Below, one piece after another: positions 63,582 to 64,000 of a stretch of DNA of 64,000 nt. Each line of letters opens with the position of its first letter. Within the stretch, counting starts at the first letter, position 1. Origin of the DNA: Phoronis australis (taxonomy: Eukaryota > Animalia > Phoronida); assembly GCA_002633005.1 (NCBI GenBank), contig NMRA01000012.1:1480357-1544356 (forward strand), written 5' to 3'. The notes under the pieces were generated by a model that searched no databases, was not told where the DNA came from, and saw only the letters and a program-made list of their open reading frames with translations. A program made the position numbers and the translations under genes.

Positions 63582-64000
63582 TGGGACATCTGGATCTATG
63601 CCAAACCACAAGGGTGAAATGTTCGCCTCAACACACAAAAGCGCCCTGTCAGCGTTTTTTTGTCAAACGGGAGACTTAACTCCCAGAAGGGCCCGAGTGC
63701 GTTTTTGTTTTTGTTTTAGTCGAATGGAAAATTGCAGGTGTCGCAGAAATCCATGGAATGGCCCGTTTTTCTTGTGGTCGAACGGGAAAGTTGGCTATTT
63801 CGCGTGGAAAATTAAATAGTATATGATAATACGTCAATTTCGCCGTTTGCCGTGGGACGGTATGGCGGGAAAAATAAAAAGGGACAGTCCGCCAAGAGTA
63901 GGGCAATTGGCAAGTACGTTGTATACTGTCAGCAACGCGAAGTATTAAATTTGATTCTGTTACAAGTTAAACTTATCATTTTTTTAAATTTTATTTCACG

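Overview
Eukaryotic, intron-rich invertebrate genomic DNA (AT-rich; short-read-style scaffold with an N gap at 25791-26557 and a single-n join at 41296). It holds a head-to-tail array of three + strand SLC7/LAT light-chain amino-acid transporter genes of the b(0,+)AT/SLC7A9 type. Gene A shows only its last two exons (864-2545). Gene B is complete (5416-33342, 11 exon slots, 505 aa by summing exon lengths). Gene C shows exons 1-8 (37091-58339), with exons 9-11 absent from the window. The most notable structure is in gene B, where exon 4 (TM2 end-TM3-TM4 start, including the SLC3-linking cysteine) occurs as two intact 243-nt, same-phase copies about 64% identical in protein. This is a candidate mutually exclusive splice switch that changes a substrate-pocket residue (R vs T at the xCT R135/b0,+AT K121 position). 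Paralog C has let exon 4b decay and has accumulated replacements concentrated in TM3/TM6. Exon 10 of A and B looks homogenised by gene conversion. The introns are full of mobile DNA: an L1/Tx1 fragment, nested THAP-bearing Kolobok-like elements, hAT and 5-bp-TSD mini-MITEs, a Penelope fragment, an Academ-like element with a solo LTR, and Helentron-type (HINE) elements. All exon and TE calls were made by eye from splice signals, reading frame and protein motifs; no database searches were run.
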